Source: an uncultured Tessaracoccus sp.
GTDB taxonomy: Bacteria; Actinomycetota; Actinomycetes; Propionibacteriales; Propionibacteriaceae
Length of the DNA: 64,000 nt
Assembly (NCBI RefSeq): GCF_947286155.1
Contig: NZ_CAMYPD010000004.1
Coordinates: 5,478 to 69,477, forward strand
Reading direction: 5' to 3'
A program made the position numbers and the translations under genes. Below, piece after piece: positions 38,590 through 48,628 of the stretch (positions within the stretch are counted from its first letter, which is position 1; the number at the start of each line of letters is the position of its first letter). Below the pieces are notes generated by a model. That model saw only the letters and a list, made by a program, of their open reading frames with translations, searched no databases and had not been told where the DNA came from.

Positions 38590-39160
38590 GCCGCCACCCG
38601 GCTCAGGTTCATAGGATCATCGCAACCGGTGGGTTGACAGTACTTCGTGTTGGGTGACGTATTCGAGGCTTTTGCGGGGTCGGCGGTCCAATTGGTCGGC
38701 GACGTAGTCAAGGTCTTATTGGCTGTAGCGGCTGAGGTCGGTGCCCTTGTGGAAGAACTGACGCAGCAGGCTGTTGGTGTTTTCGTTGCTGTCTCGTTAC
38801 CAGCGCAAGTGCCGGGCCGCGAAGTAGACCTCAATGCCAGTAGGGACGCTCACGTTGCGATGAGTGGTCATCTCCTTCCCCTCGATTCCAAGTCAGCCTC
38901 GCGCGCAGTGATGCCGGAAGCGCGCCCCGAGCCTCTCGATGAGAGTCTTCTGAGTGGCTTCGACCGGATTCAAACTCCGGTCGAACCATCCAAGGATGAG
39001 GAAGGCCGAGTCACGGTCTGCAACTCACGCTTCAACCCGCCTCTGGCTTAGAGATAGATGGTCTTGTGCATGGTCTCGATGCGACCACCCCGCGAACGGC
39101 AACAGCCCACCGGGCAGCTGCTGTCGCAGGCTCAGGAACAAACTCTCCAACTCGATGCGA
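38590..39160 (-). mobile_element. IS30-family transposase remnant (multiple frameshifts and stops, about half length)
   Basis: Minus-strand fragments read ...ETMHKTIYL, ...TQKTLIERLGARF, ...PTGIEVYFAARH.LRW(stop)RDSNENTNSLLRQFFHKGTDLSRYSQ(stop)DLDYVADQLDRRPRKSLEYVTQHEVL. These match conserved IS30 transposase blocks SHETIY, LVERKSR, VYFxxPHSPWQRGxNENTNGLLRQYFPKGTDLS and LNxRPRKxLG. Confidence 0.55.
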
Positions 39161-39296
39161 ATGCTCCCTCGCCTCAGTAACCAACGGTCCTTCCGTGGCC
39201 GCTTGCGCCTGCCACATCAACCTTCTCCGCCGACACTGTTACGCCCCTAGAAGCGCCATCTCGAGGTGCACCCGCGCATCGAAGCGCTGCGCCTGG

Positions 39297-39317
39297 CTAC
39301 TCGGTTTCGCCTGCCAC
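39297..39317. repeat. 21-bp direct repeat, copy 2 (native flotillin 3' end)
   Basis: See copy 1. Confidence 0.6.
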
Positions 39318-40799
39318 GACGTCGGCCTTCCCAACGCGCTGCTTCAACACGTCCAGCAGATCGATGCCGGTGGTGTTTTTCACCAGTTCGACAGTCTGCA
39401 ACATGTTGTCGTTGACCGTCTTGGGCAGCGCGGAGGCACCGTCGGTGGATACGACGGTGAGCTTGTCGATGGAGCTGAGCGGCGCGGCCACCTTCTCCGC
39501 CACCTGCGGCAGCACCTCGATGAGCATCTGCAGCACGGCTGCCTCGTTGTAGTGCGCGAAGGCTTCGGCGCGCTTGTCCATGGCTTCCGCTTCCGCGGTA
39601 CCGACGGCGGCAACCGCAGCTGCCTTCGCCTCGCCCTCGGCGCGCACAGCTTCGGCCTCCGCGATACGCCGAGCCTTCTCAGCCTCACCGCGCTTCGCAC
39701 CCTCGAATGCCTCGGCGGTCGCGAGCGCCTGGCGACGAGACTGCTCGCCCTCACCGGAGAGGCGTTGACGCTCGGCATCGGCCTCAGCATCAGCGATCGA
39801 CGCGGCCTTGCGCGCCTCCGCTTCGTAGATGGACGCCTGGCGCCTCGCCTGCGCCTCCGTCTCAATCTCGTAACGCTTGGCGTCCGCAGGCTTGCGCACC
39901 TCGGTGTCGAGCTGGCGCTCCTTCAGCGCAGCCTGCCGCACGGCCACCTTCTCCTGCTCGGTAAGAATGGCCTGGTCACGGTCGGCTTGGGCCAGCGGGC
40001 CGGATGCCGCGGCCTGCGCCTTCGCGGCGTCCGTCTCGGCCTGAATCTCGGCTTCCTTCAGCACCAGAGCGCGCTCGGAGATGGCGATCTCCTGCGACGC
40101 GGCAATGCGCGCCTGCTCCGCCTCACGGCGAGCGTCGGCTTCGGCGATGGCAGCCAACTGGCCAACCCTCGCGGACTCGGGGCGACCGAGGTCGGAGAGG
40201 TAGGTGCCGTCGTCGGTGATGTCCTGAATCTGGAAGGTGTCGAGCACCAGGCCCTGACCTGTGAGCGACGCCTCAGATTCGTCGGCAACCCGCTGCGCGA
40301 AGGCGGCGCGGTCACGGATGATCTGCTCGACGGTGAGCGAACCCACGATAGAGCGCAGCGAACCTGCGAGGGTTTCCTGCGTGAACGTCTCGATCTCTTC
40401 CTGCTGCATGAGGAAGCGCTGCGCTGCGGCACGGATGGAGTCTTCATTGCCGCCAACCTTGACGATCGCGACGCCGTCGACGTTGAGCTTGATGCCCTGC
40501 CCGGACACGGCGTTACGGATCGTCACCATGATGCGGCGCGACGACAAGTCCAGCACGTGTAGACGCTGCACGAACGGGATGACGAACACGCCGCCACCCA
40601 TGATGACTTTCTGGCCGGACAGGTCGGTGGAGACCAAGCCCGTCTCGGGGTTCGTGACTGCTTTACCCTTCTGACCAGTAATGATGTAGGCCTCGTTGGG
40701 ACGAGATACCTTGTAGCGGCTCGCAATGAGCCAGAGGATGAGCACGACGAGCAGCACTGCGCCGCCAATACCCAAGACGATCGGTGGAAGTTCGGGCAT
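39297..40799 (-). CDS. flotillin-family SPFH/band-7 protein (YqiK-like)
   Basis: N-terminal TM helix, an SPFH domain, and a long Ala/Glu-rich coiled coil (AEADARREAEQARIAA...). Confidence 0.85.
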   Translation of the reverse strand: MPELPPIVLGIGGAVLLVVLILWLIASRYKVSRPNEAYIITGQKGKAVTNPETGLVSTDLSGQKVIMGGGVFVIPFVQRLHVLDLSSRRIMVTIRNAVSGQGIKLNVDGVAIVKVGGNEDSIRAAAQRFLMQQEEIETFTQETLAGSLRSIVGSLTVEQIIRDRAAFAQRVADESEASLTGQGLVLDTFQIQDITDDGTYLSDLGRPESARVGQLAAIAEADARREAEQARIAASQEIAISERALVLKEAEIQAETDAAKAQAAASGPLAQADRDQAILTEQEKVAVRQAALKERQLDTEVRKPADAKRYEIETEAQARRQASIYEAEARKAASIADAEADAERQRLSGEGEQSRRQALATAEAFEGAKRGEAEKARRIAEAEAVRAEGEAKAAAVAAVGTAEAEAMDKRAEAFAHYNEAAVLQMLIEVLPQVAEKVAAPLSSIDKLTVVSTDGASALPKTVNDNMLQTVELVKNTTGIDLLDVLKQRVGKADVVAGETE

Positions 40800-40808
40800 A
40801 GTGTTTCC

Positions 40809-41351
40809 TTAACCAGGGTGAGGGCCGGAGCCGATGGATGGTGGCGGTGGTAGTTCTTCGACCGAGGTGACTTCGACAGCCGTGGGCGACAGGACACTCG
40901 AAATCCAGACCTCGGTACCCGCGGGGATCGCCGTATCGGCCCGAGCAGAACGCTTACGCGAACCTCCGGTGCCGAAGATGCGCACCTCGCCGTAGCCTGA
41001 CTCCGGGATGTCCGTGATGACGCGCCCAGTGGCACCGACGAGAGAATCCGAGCGGAACGTGGCGGCGTTCTCCCCTCGCTTCAACACACGGGTAAGCGCC
41101 GTCGCACCCCACGCCGCCAGCACTCCAGCGATGATGCCAACGACGACGGCAATTCCCGTGATGTCCACGATGCTGAGAGAGATCACTCCCCCAAACCCGA
41201 AGGCACCCAGGAACGCCGCAAGGCTGGGGACGGAGAAGAGATCGCCGCCCAGGAAATCGAGGTCAAACACCCCTTCGATGATCTCGCCGAACAGCAGCGA
41301 CGCCGCGACGATCACCAAACCGACGATGCCAACCGTCAGGAAAATCGCCAT
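40809..41351 (-). CDS. NfeD-family membrane protein (flotillin partner)
   Basis: TM helices followed by a C-terminal OB-fold-like segment (GATGRVITDIPESGYGEVRIFGTG). Start refined to MAIFLTV. Confidence 0.7.
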   Translation of the reverse strand: MAIFLTVGIVGLVIVAASLLFGEIIEGVFDLDFLGGDLFSVPSLAAFLGAFGFGGVISLSIVDITGIAVVVGIIAGVLAAWGATALTRVLKRGENAATFRSDSLVGATGRVITDIPESGYGEVRIFGTGGSRKRSARADTAIPAGTEVWISSVLSPTAVEVTSVEELPPPPSIGSGPHPG

Positions 41352-41424
41352 GGCCGTCTCCTTCTCTCTCAGCAAGGATATCGGCCACGCGGCCAACGCG
41401 TCGACGCGACGGTGCAGGCAGAAC

Positions 41425-41850
41425 TCAGAGCACGCCCTTCACCAGTACGAAGTCGCCGAATGGGCGCTGCTCACCGGTGACCACGACGGCGAATGCCTTC
41501 GCAGCGCGATCGTAGAACGAGAAACGCTCGATGGTGCCCACCGACTGCCCCGGGGCCAGGTAGCTTTGCACTGCAGCGATCACGTCCGCGTGCACCGGCG
41601 GGATGTCGTCGGGGCCCTCCGTCGTCGCCATCCGTAGCGCCGGCTGATCGACGGCGACGTCGAGCGGCAGCAGAGAACACACGGCGGCAACCATCTGCGG
41701 CGCGTCGTAGCCGCGTGCATCCACGACGCGCTGACCAATGCGGTAGGAGGGGAAGTTCCTGTCGGCGATCACGAGCTCGTCGCCGTGACCCATCTGCGCG
41801 AGGATGTGCAACAAGTCCGGGCTGATGGCCGGGTCTATCCCCCGCAGCAT
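41425..41850 (-). CDS. rbsD: RbsD/FucU family sugar pyranase/mutarotase
   Basis: MLRGIDPAISPDLLHILAQMGHGDELVIADRNFP matches the RbsD N-terminus. Start refined inside track ORF 41425..41943. Confidence 0.7.
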   Translation of the reverse strand: MLRGIDPAISPDLLHILAQMGHGDELVIADRNFPSYRIGQRVVDARGYDAPQMVAAVCSLLPLDVAVDQPALRMATTEGPDDIPPVHADVIAAVQSYLAPGQSVGTIERFSFYDRAAKAFAVVVTGEQRPFGDFVLVKGVL

Positions 41851-42785
41851 TACTGTGCGTCCGCTGTCAGGGACGCGACCCACGCGTCCAGCTCGTCGTG
41901 CCGGGGCGCGGAATCCGCACTGCCCACACGCGTCACTGAACACGCCGCGGCCACGTTTGCGCGCGCAGCGGCCTCGCGAAGCGGCATTCCCTGCGCGAGC
42001 AGCGCCGCGAGGTTGCCAGTAAAGGTGTCGCCGGCGCCGACGGTGTTCACGGCCTTCACCTTGAGCGACGGGACCGTCTGGGTGCCCTCGTCGTCGACGA
42101 CGAGCGCCCCCTCCTCACCGAGCGTGACGATGAGGTCCAGGTTCATCTTCGCGTGCACAGCCTGCGCCACCTCGTCGATGCTGCACTTCGTGCTGATGCC
42201 GATCGACTCGGCCAGCTGAGCGAGTTCGCTCTCATTCGGCAGCAGGAGGTCGACGTGCTCAAGCATCTCGACGGGGATCTCGCGGAAGGGCGCGGGGTTG
42301 AGGATCACCGTCTTGCCCGCATCGTGCGCAATCTGCGCGGCGGCCTGGTTCGCGTCGTCTGGAACCTCCAGCTGCATCACGACCACGCGCGCCGCGCGAA
42401 TCTGCTCCGCTTGCTCCTGCACCTGCTCAGCGTGGAGCTCGAGGTTCGAACGCGGGATGATGACGATGCAGTTTTGCCCCTCGTCGTCGACCATCGGCAA
42501 ACCGACACCGGTGCCCACCTCGCCGTCGATGCTCACCCCGGACGCGTCTACTCCTTCGCGCTCCAGCCAGGTGCGGAACTCCTCGCCGTAAGCGTCGTCG
42601 CCGACTCGTCCGACCATCGCCACCGAGACACCCGCACGCGCCGCCGCGATGGCCTGGTTGAAGCCCTTGCCACCGGGCGTCATCGTGAACGAAGAACCGG
42701 TGATGGTCTCCCCCGGCTTGGGGAATCGCGGGGTGCGGGCGATGAGGTCCATCATGAAGGACCCCACGATGCAAACGTCGCTCAT
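41850..42785 (-). CDS. rbsK: ribokinase (PfkB family)
   Basis: VCIVGSFMMDL...GGKGFNQA...NTVGAGDTF (anion-hole and DTxGAGD motifs). Confidence 0.85.
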   Translation of the reverse strand: MSDVCIVGSFMMDLIARTPRFPKPGETITGSSFTMTPGGKGFNQAIAAARAGVSVAMVGRVGDDAYGEEFRTWLEREGVDASGVSIDGEVGTGVGLPMVDDEGQNCIVIIPRSNLELHAEQVQEQAEQIRAARVVVMQLEVPDDANQAAAQIAHDAGKTVILNPAPFREIPVEMLEHVDLLLPNESELAQLAESIGISTKCSIDEVAQAVHAKMNLDLIVTLGEEGALVVDDEGTQTVPSLKVKAVNTVGAGDTFTGNLAALLAQGMPLREAAARANVAAACSVTRVGSADSAPRHDELDAWVASLTADAQ

Positions 42786-43435
42786 GCCTTGCTCCCGGGG
42801 ACGAGATCGTCGGCATCCAGCGCCTGGCCGAGCGAGCCGCCGACGTGGTGCAGGGCGAAGTCGTCCTTGGTGAAGCCGCTGTGGGTCATGAGTGCGGCAG
42901 CGAGCGCGTCGCCGATCGCGAGGGTTGCCGTCGTGGATGCGGTGGGGGCCAGATCCAGCGGGTCGGCTTCTGTGTCCATGGCCAGCTTGATGGTGATCTG
43001 CGCACCCTTGGCCAGCGGCGAGGATTCGTCGCGAGTGATGGCCACGACGGGAATGTTGCGGTGGTTCAGCACCTGCACGAAGCGGACGACTTCCGCGGTC
43101 TTGCCGGAGTTGGAAATGGCGATGACCACGTCATCCTCCGTCACCATGCCTGCGTCACCGTGCAGGGCTTCCGTGCTGTGCACGAAGAACGACGGGGTGC
43201 CGGTGCTCGCGAAGGTGGCGGCCATCTTCGAGGCGATGTGCCCCGACTTGCCGATGCCCGTCATGATGAGCCTGCCGCGCATGCCGACGATGAGTTCGAG
43301 CAGCTGCGGCAGCACCGCCTTGAGCGGATCGATCTGCCGCTGCAGCGTGGCGATCTCAATCTCGATGGCGCGTTGGGCGGCGGCGACGGCGTCGTCGAAC
43401 GAACCCGTGGCTGCTTTCGTGGCTGGTGCAGACAT
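42782..43435 (-). CDS. SIS-domain sugar-phosphate isomerase (KpsF/GutQ-like SIS domain only)
   Basis: IMTGIGKSGHIASKMAATFASTGTPSFFVH...VIAISNSGKTAEV. Start refined to MSAPATK. Confidence 0.7.
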   Translation of the reverse strand: MSAPATKAATGSFDDAVAAAQRAIEIEIATLQRQIDPLKAVLPQLLELIVGMRGRLIMTGIGKSGHIASKMAATFASTGTPSFFVHSTEALHGDAGMVTEDDVVIAISNSGKTAEVVRFVQVLNHRNIPVVAITRDESSPLAKGAQITIKLAMDTEADPLDLAPTASTTATLAIGDALAAALMTHSGFTKDDFALHHVGGSLGQALDADDLVPGSKA

Positions 43436-43549
43436 GTGATACCTCTTCCGTTCGCGTCGAGTTCTCGACGGCAGCGATACAGCAAGCCGAGAACTCACTC
43501 ACTGCAATCATGACAGAAATCGATTACAGCTACAAGGTTGGGTGCCGAA

Positions 43550-44518
43550 TCATCCCCACATTTGGGGTGCCGGCGTGTCGATAATCACGGTGTTTGCAGT
43601 GTCGCCACCCGACGTCATCCGGCTTTGCAGCAGCAACCACGCTTCGCGCGCCAACTCACCGACGGGTAGCGGCGTGATTTGCACTTGACCCGACATCGAC
43701 GTCGCAAACGGCAACTCCCCAATGACGCCAACAATGGTGTCGGAGTCCCCTCTCGCAGCGAGCTCCCTCAACACCCCAACCCCGGCCAGGTTATTCGTCG
43801 CGAGAATGGCGTCTGGTGGGTTTGGAAGGTCGAGCAGCTGCGCCGCGGCGTGGCGTCCGCCTTCGACGCGGAAGTCGGCATGGATGAGCAAGTCACCGTC
43901 GACGAGGTAGCCACGCTCTTTCAGAGTTTCACGCCACCCTTCGGCACGCTTCTCCGCCGTGGAGAGCCTCGACGGGCCAGTCACGCAGGCGATGCGTGTG
44001 CAACCCGCCTCGGCGAGGTGGTTCGTCGCCACTGTTCCAAGTTCTCGGTTGTTGAACCGCACCGACGGGTACTCCCCCGGCAGCTCGCGGTCGACGGCGA
44101 CGACGGCCATGCCGCGCTCCACAAGCGGCCGCAGGTCGGTGGAGTCGGACGCGGGAAAGACGATCACTCCCGCCATCTGCGAATCGATGGCCACTTGGAG
44201 GTACCGCGCTTCCTTGGCAGGATCCTCGTCGGAGTTGCACAGCACGATGGAGAGCCCCTGCTCGTGGGCTTTGTCTTCCACGGTTCTGGCGAAGGTGGTG
44301 AAGAACGGGTTTTCGATATCCGCGACGATGAGGCCCACCACGTCCGATGTGCGTCGTCGCAGCGTCCGCGCGGCACGGTTCGGGGCGTATCCAAGCTTCT
44401 CGACGGCGCTTCGCACTGCTGCCTGGGCTTCCGGCCGCACGTTCGCGCCGTTCAGCACGCGCGAGACGGTCGCCACTGACACGCCCGCTTCCTGCGCGAC
44501 GTCGATCATCCGCACCAT
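43550..44518 (-). CDS. LacI family transcriptional regulator (pentose/ribose-like operon)
   Basis: HTH MVRMIDVAQEAGVSVATVSRVLNG and an effector domain. Heads the SIS-rbsK-rbsD operon. Confidence 0.85.
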   Translation of the reverse strand: MVRMIDVAQEAGVSVATVSRVLNGANVRPEAQAAVRSAVEKLGYAPNRAARTLRRRTSDVVGLIVADIENPFFTTFARTVEDKAHEQGLSIVLCNSDEDPAKEARYLQVAIDSQMAGVIVFPASDSTDLRPLVERGMAVVAVDRELPGEYPSVRFNNRELGTVATNHLAEAGCTRIACVTGPSRLSTAEKRAEGWRETLKERGYLVDGDLLIHADFRVEGGRHAAAQLLDLPNPPDAILATNNLAGVGVLRELAARGDSDTIVGVIGELPFATSMSGQVQITPLPVGELAREAWLLLQSRMTSGGDTANTVIIDTPAPQMWG

Positions 44519-44606
44519 GGGATCACACCCTCGTTCACCTCGTCGTTCACGAGCTCAGTGTGTCACGAACGGTGAACACACCGCCGGGGTACACGAGGCT
44601 GTGTAA

Positions 44607-44677
44607 CCCAATATCCACACGCGTTTGCGAAATCGGCCCAAAATGAGCTGTTTCGACAAACGCGTGTGGATATCGGG
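44607..44677. promoter_or_regulatory. long imperfect palindrome (about 25-bp arms, ~18-nt spacer) between ilvC 3' end and lacI 5' end
   Basis: cccaatatccacacgcgtttgcgaaa ... tttcgacaaacgcgtgtggatatcggg. Likely an I-shaped terminator with no U-tract for ilvBNC, and/or an operator. Confidence 0.4.
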
Positions 44678-44711
44678 TTAATTGGGAGCCGGTCACGGCT
44701 CTCGACGACAC

Positions 44712-45737
44712 TTAGCGGCCGGCTTCGCCTTCGCTGTAATCGTCGGAGACCTTCGACCAGGAGTAGAGCTTGCGCAGCTCGCGGCCTACGGACTCAATCT
44801 GCTGGCCCTGGCCCTCCTCGCGAAGCTTCTTGAACTCAGGGGCGCCGGCGTCCTGGTCGTCGATGAAGCGCTTCGCAAACGCGCCCGACTGGATGTCCGC
44901 CAGCACGGCCTTCATGTTCTCACGCACGTGATCGTCGATGACGCGCGGGCCGGAGACGTAGTCGCCGTACTCCGCTGTGTCAGAGATCGACCAGCGCTGC
45001 TTGGTGATGCCACCCTCGATCATGAGGTCGACGATCATCTTGAGCTCGTGGAGGCACTCGAAGTAGGCGATCTCGGGCTGGTATCCAGCCTCGACGAGCG
45101 TCTCGAACCCGGCCTGCACCAGCGCCGACGCGCCGCCGCACAGCACAGCCTGCTCGCCGAAGAGGTCCGTCTCGGTCTCCTCAGTAAAGGTGGTCTTGAT
45201 GCCGCCAGCGCGGAGAGCACCGATGGCCTTCGCGTACGCAAGCGCGAGCGGCCAAGCGTTCCCCGACTCATCCTTCTCAACAGCGATGATGGCCGGAACA
45301 CCGCGCCCATCTACGTACTCACGACGCACGATGTGGCCCGGGCCCTTCGGCGCCACCATGCACACGTCCACACCGGCCGGGGGCTGAATGTAGTCGTAGC
45401 GGATGTTGAAGCCGTGCGCGAAGAACAGCGCGTCGCCCTCCGCGAGGTGCGGGGCGATCTCTTCCGCGTAGAGGGTGCGCTGCACCTGGTCGGGAGCGAG
45501 CACCATGATGAGATCCGCTTCCTCAACGGCCTCCGAGACGGGGAGCACCCGGAGTCCCTCGGCTTCTGCCTTCGCCGCAGACTTGGAGCCCTCACGCAGA
45601 CCGACACGCACGTCCACGCCCGAGTCGCGCAAGCTGAGCGCGTGAGCGTGACCCTGCGAACCGTAGCCGATGACGGCCACGTGGCGGCCCTGGATCACCG
45701 AAAGGTCAGCGTCGTCGTCGTAAAACATCTCTGCCAT
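44712..45737 (-). CDS. ilvC: ketol-acid reductoisomerase
   Basis: [24 protein letters not shown]...class I KARI. Confidence 0.92.
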   Translation of the reverse strand: MAEMFYDDDADLSVIQGRHVAVIGYGSQGHAHALSLRDSGVDVRVGLREGSKSAAKAEAEGLRVLPVSEAVEEADLIMVLAPDQVQRTLYAEEIAPHLAEGDALFFAHGFNIRYDYIQPPAGVDVCMVAPKGPGHIVRREYVDGRGVPAIIAVEKDESGNAWPLALAYAKAIGALRAGGIKTTFTEETETDLFGEQAVLCGGASALVQAGFETLVEAGYQPEIAYFECLHELKMIVDLMIEGGITKQRWSISDTAEYGDYVSGPRVIDDHVRENMKAVLADIQSGAFAKRFIDDQDAGAPEFKKLREEGQGQQIESVGRELRKLYSWSKVSDDYSEGEAGR

Positions 45738-45751
45738 GTGTGTTTCCTAAC

Positions 45752-46258
45752 TTATTTGTGGGACTTGATGGACATGGCCTTCGCGCCGCGCCCCAGCGCG
45801 ACATGGCCGGATTGGGCAAGCTCTTGAATGCCGTGCGGTGCCAGCATATTGAGCAGCGCCTCAAGTTTGTCTGTGCTGCCCGTGGCCTCGATCGTGATGG
45901 AGTCGTTGGACACGTCCACAGCCTTGCCGCGGAAGAGGCCCACGACGTCGATAATCTGGCTGCGGCTCGTCACGTCGGCCTTCACCTTCACCAAGATCAT
46001 CTGCCTGCGCACGGCGTTGGATTCGAGTTCGAGCACTTTACGCACCTCAATCAGCTTGTTGAGCTGCTTCACGATCTGCTCGAGCGCGGCCTCGTCGTCG
46101 ACATTCGCGACGACCGTCATGCGCGAAATCCCTTCGCGCTCGGTCTCGCCGACGGCGAGAGACTCGATATTGAACCCCCGACGGGAAAACAGCGCGGCGA
46201 TGCGCGTCAGGACGCCCGGGCGGTCTGACACCAGGATGCTGAGCGTGTGCGTGTTCAC
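45752..46258 (-). CDS. ilvN: acetolactate synthase small (regulatory) subunit
   Basis: ACT domain [32 protein letters not shown] start at GTG VNTHTL gives a 4-nt overlap with ilvB. Confidence 0.85.
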   Translation of the reverse strand: MNTHTLSILVSDRPGVLTRIAALFSRRGFNIESLAVGETEREGISRMTVVANVDDEAALEQIVKQLNKLIEVRKVLELESNAVRRQMILVKVKADVTSRSQIIDVVGLFRGKAVDVSNDSITIEATGSTDKLEALLNMLAPHGIQELAQSGHVALGRGAKAMSIKSHK

Positions 46259-47997
46259 AGGATCTCTTCTTCCCATTCGGGCGCCATGTCACGCGCCACT
46301 TTGATTTCATCATTGCTGACGCCGGCAGGCACCATTGGCCACACCATGGCGTCCTTCTCGACGACGAATTCGACGACGACGGGGCGATCGTTGATCTCCA
46401 TCGCCTTGCTGATCGCGTCCTCCATCTCTTCCTCGTTGGTGGCACGAAACGCGGCGCAGCCCATCGCTTCGGCCAGCATCGGGAAGTTGGGCCAGTTCTC
46501 GGTGAGGAGGTCGGTGTTCGAGTAGCGGCCCTCGTAGAACAAGCTCTGCCACTGCCGCACCATGCCCAGCACGTTGTTATTGATGACGGCGATCTTCACC
46601 GGAATCTGGTTCACCGCGCAGGTGACGAGCTCCTGGTTGGTCATCTGGAAGCACCCGTCACCGTCGATGCCCCAGACTGTGCGGTCGGGGTTGGCCACCT
46701 TCGCACCCATCGCGGCGGGAACGCAGAAGCCCATCGTGCCCGCGCCGCCGGAGTTCAGGAAGGAGTGAGGCCTCTCGTGCGGCAGGAAGTGCGCGGACCA
46801 CATCTGGTGCTGCCCCACGCCCGTGACAAAAATCGTGTCGTCCGGTGCGCGCTGCCCAAGCCGCTGAATCACTTCCTGCGGGGAGAGTTTGCCGTCGGCG
46901 GGCTCATCCCAGCGAGGCTGGTAGCGCTCCTTCATCCCGCGCAGAAGCGCCACCCACGCGGAGGTGTCCGGGGCCTTCTGGGTGCGCAGCTGCTCGATCA
47001 GGCTTTGCAGGGTGAGTTTCACGTCGCCGACGATGGGCACGTCGACGGGAACGTTCTTGCCAATCTCCGCCGGATCGATATCCGCGTGGATGACCTTCGC
47101 CCCCGGTGCGAAACTGGACACGAGCCCGGTGACGCGGTCGTCGAACCGGGTGCCGAGCGCGACGAGGAGGTCGGCCTTCTGGAGCGCCCCCACCGCTGCG
47201 ACGGTGCCGTGCATGCCCGGCATACCCATGTGGAGATCGTGGCTGTCCGGGAACACGCCGCGAGCCATCAGCGTCGTGACCACCGGAATGTTAGTCATCT
47301 CAGCGAGCTGAGCCAGCTCGTCGTAGGCTTTGGCGGCCATAACTCCGCCTCCGACGTAGAGCACCGGGCGCTTGGACGCGGAGATCAGCCTTGCTGCTGC
47401 TCGGATCTGACGACCGTGCGGGGTGACCGTCGGTTTGTAGCCCGGCAGGTCCATTTCTTCTGGCCAGCGGAATTCCGCGGTGTTCGCGAGCGCGTCCTTG
47501 GCAATGTCGACGAGCACCGGCCCCTTGCGTCCCGTGCTCGCGATGTGGAACGCCTCCTGAATGGCCAGCGGGATGTCTTCCGTGCGCTTCACGAGGAAGC
47601 TGTGCTTGGTGATCGGCATCGTGATGCCGTGGATGTCGGCCTCCTGGAAGGCGTCGGTGCCAATTGCGGCCGAGTTCACCTGCCCCGTGATCGCGACGAG
47701 CGGCGTCGAATCCATGTAGGCGTTGGCGATGGGAGTGACGAGGTTCGTCGCGCCCGGCCCCGACGTCGCGATACACACGCCCACCTCACCTGAGGTCATG
47801 GCGTAGCCCTCCGCAGCGTGCCCAGCACCCTGTTCGTGCCGGGTGAGGATGTGGCGGATTGAGGAATCCATGAGCGGGTCATAGGCGGGAAGAATGGCTC
47901 CCCCAGGAATGCCGAACGCTACCTGTACGCCCACGCGCTCCAGCGACTCGACAAGTGCCTGCGCACCCGTGAGCAGTTCACCGTCCTGCTTAGCCAT
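46255..47997 (-). CDS. ilvB: acetolactate synthase large subunit
   Basis: ThDP-dependent enzyme throughout. Start refined to [13 protein letters not shown]. Confidence 0.9.
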   Translation of the reverse strand: MAKQDGELLTGAQALVESLERVGVQVAFGIPGGAILPAYDPLMDSSIRHILTRHEQGAGHAAEGYAMTSGEVGVCIATSGPGATNLVTPIANAYMDSTPLVAITGQVNSAAIGTDAFQEADIHGITMPITKHSFLVKRTEDIPLAIQEAFHIASTGRKGPVLVDIAKDALANTAEFRWPEEMDLPGYKPTVTPHGRQIRAAARLISASKRPVLYVGGGVMAAKAYDELAQLAEMTNIPVVTTLMARGVFPDSHDLHMGMPGMHGTVAAVGALQKADLLVALGTRFDDRVTGLVSSFAPGAKVIHADIDPAEIGKNVPVDVPIVGDVKLTLQSLIEQLRTQKAPDTSAWVALLRGMKERYQPRWDEPADGKLSPQEVIQRLGQRAPDDTIFVTGVGQHQMWSAHFLPHERPHSFLNSGGAGTMGFCVPAAMGAKVANPDRTVWGIDGDGCFQMTNQELVTCAVNQIPVKIAVINNNVLGMVRQWQSLFYEGRYSNTDLLTENWPNFPMLAEAMGCAAFRATNEEEMEDAISKAMEINDRPVVVEFVVEKDAMVWPMVPAGVSNDEIKVARDMAPEWEEEIL

Positions 47998-48021
47998 GGG
48001 ATTCCCTTCTGCTTGTGTCAC

Positions 48022-48162
48022 CTAATAAAAAACCCCCGAGGCCAGGTGGCACACGAGGGAGCGCTTCGATCGTTTCGGGCGAAGCGCTGCTAGATAATTA
48101 CGAGGTGACGAGTGGTCATGCGGCAACTCTCGCGCATGACCATCATCATCGTCAACCATGTC
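48022..48162 (-). promoter_or_regulatory. ilvL: ilvB leader peptide (MTTRHLVII, ~48090..48119) and transcription attenuator/terminator
   Basis: Minus-strand ATG ACC ACT CGT CAC CTC GTA ATT ATC TAG, followed by the hairpin agcgcttcg...cgaagcgct and then ...ggcctcgggggttttttatt immediately upstream of ilvB. Confidence 0.5.
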
Positions 48163-48597
48163 TCAGGATGTGGACCATTTGCCGACGAGTTCGCCGCTGT
48201 CAGCGCCATCAACGATGCGGCGGTGGGTGTCGTCGACGGATTCTGTCACCTCGCCGCGCATGGCGGGGACTCCGGGGTTATCCGCGTAGCGCGGAATGAC
48301 GTGGATGTGGGTGTGGAAGACCTCCTGGCCGGCGTCGGCGCCCGCGTTGGCCAGCACATTGACCGCCGTCGCGCCGAGGCGCTGCTTCAACAGCGCGCCG
48401 ACACGAGCCACCGTCGGGGCGATCTCGGCGAGCACGGCGTCGTCTTCAAGCACGTCGGTGCTGTGGCGACGGGGCACCACCAGCGTGTGCCCCACCTGCC
48501 AAGGCGCGATGTCAAGGAAGGCGACGGCGTGCTCGTCGGCGTGGACGAGCTTCGACGGAATCTCGCCGGCGATGATTTTGCAAAACAGGCAATCCAT
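48163..48597 (-). CDS. HIT family hydrolase
   Basis: Histidine triad HTHIHVIP. Confidence 0.82.
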   Translation of the reverse strand: MDCLFCKIIAGEIPSKLVHADEHAVAFLDIAPWQVGHTLVVPRRHSTDVLEDDAVLAEIAPTVARVGALLKQRLGATAVNVLANAGADAGQEVFHTHIHVIPRYADNPGVPAMRGEVTESVDDTHRRIVDGADSGELVGKWSTS

Positions 48598-48628
48598 GCT
48601 GCCATCCTATCGCCGGGCGGAGAGGCGA

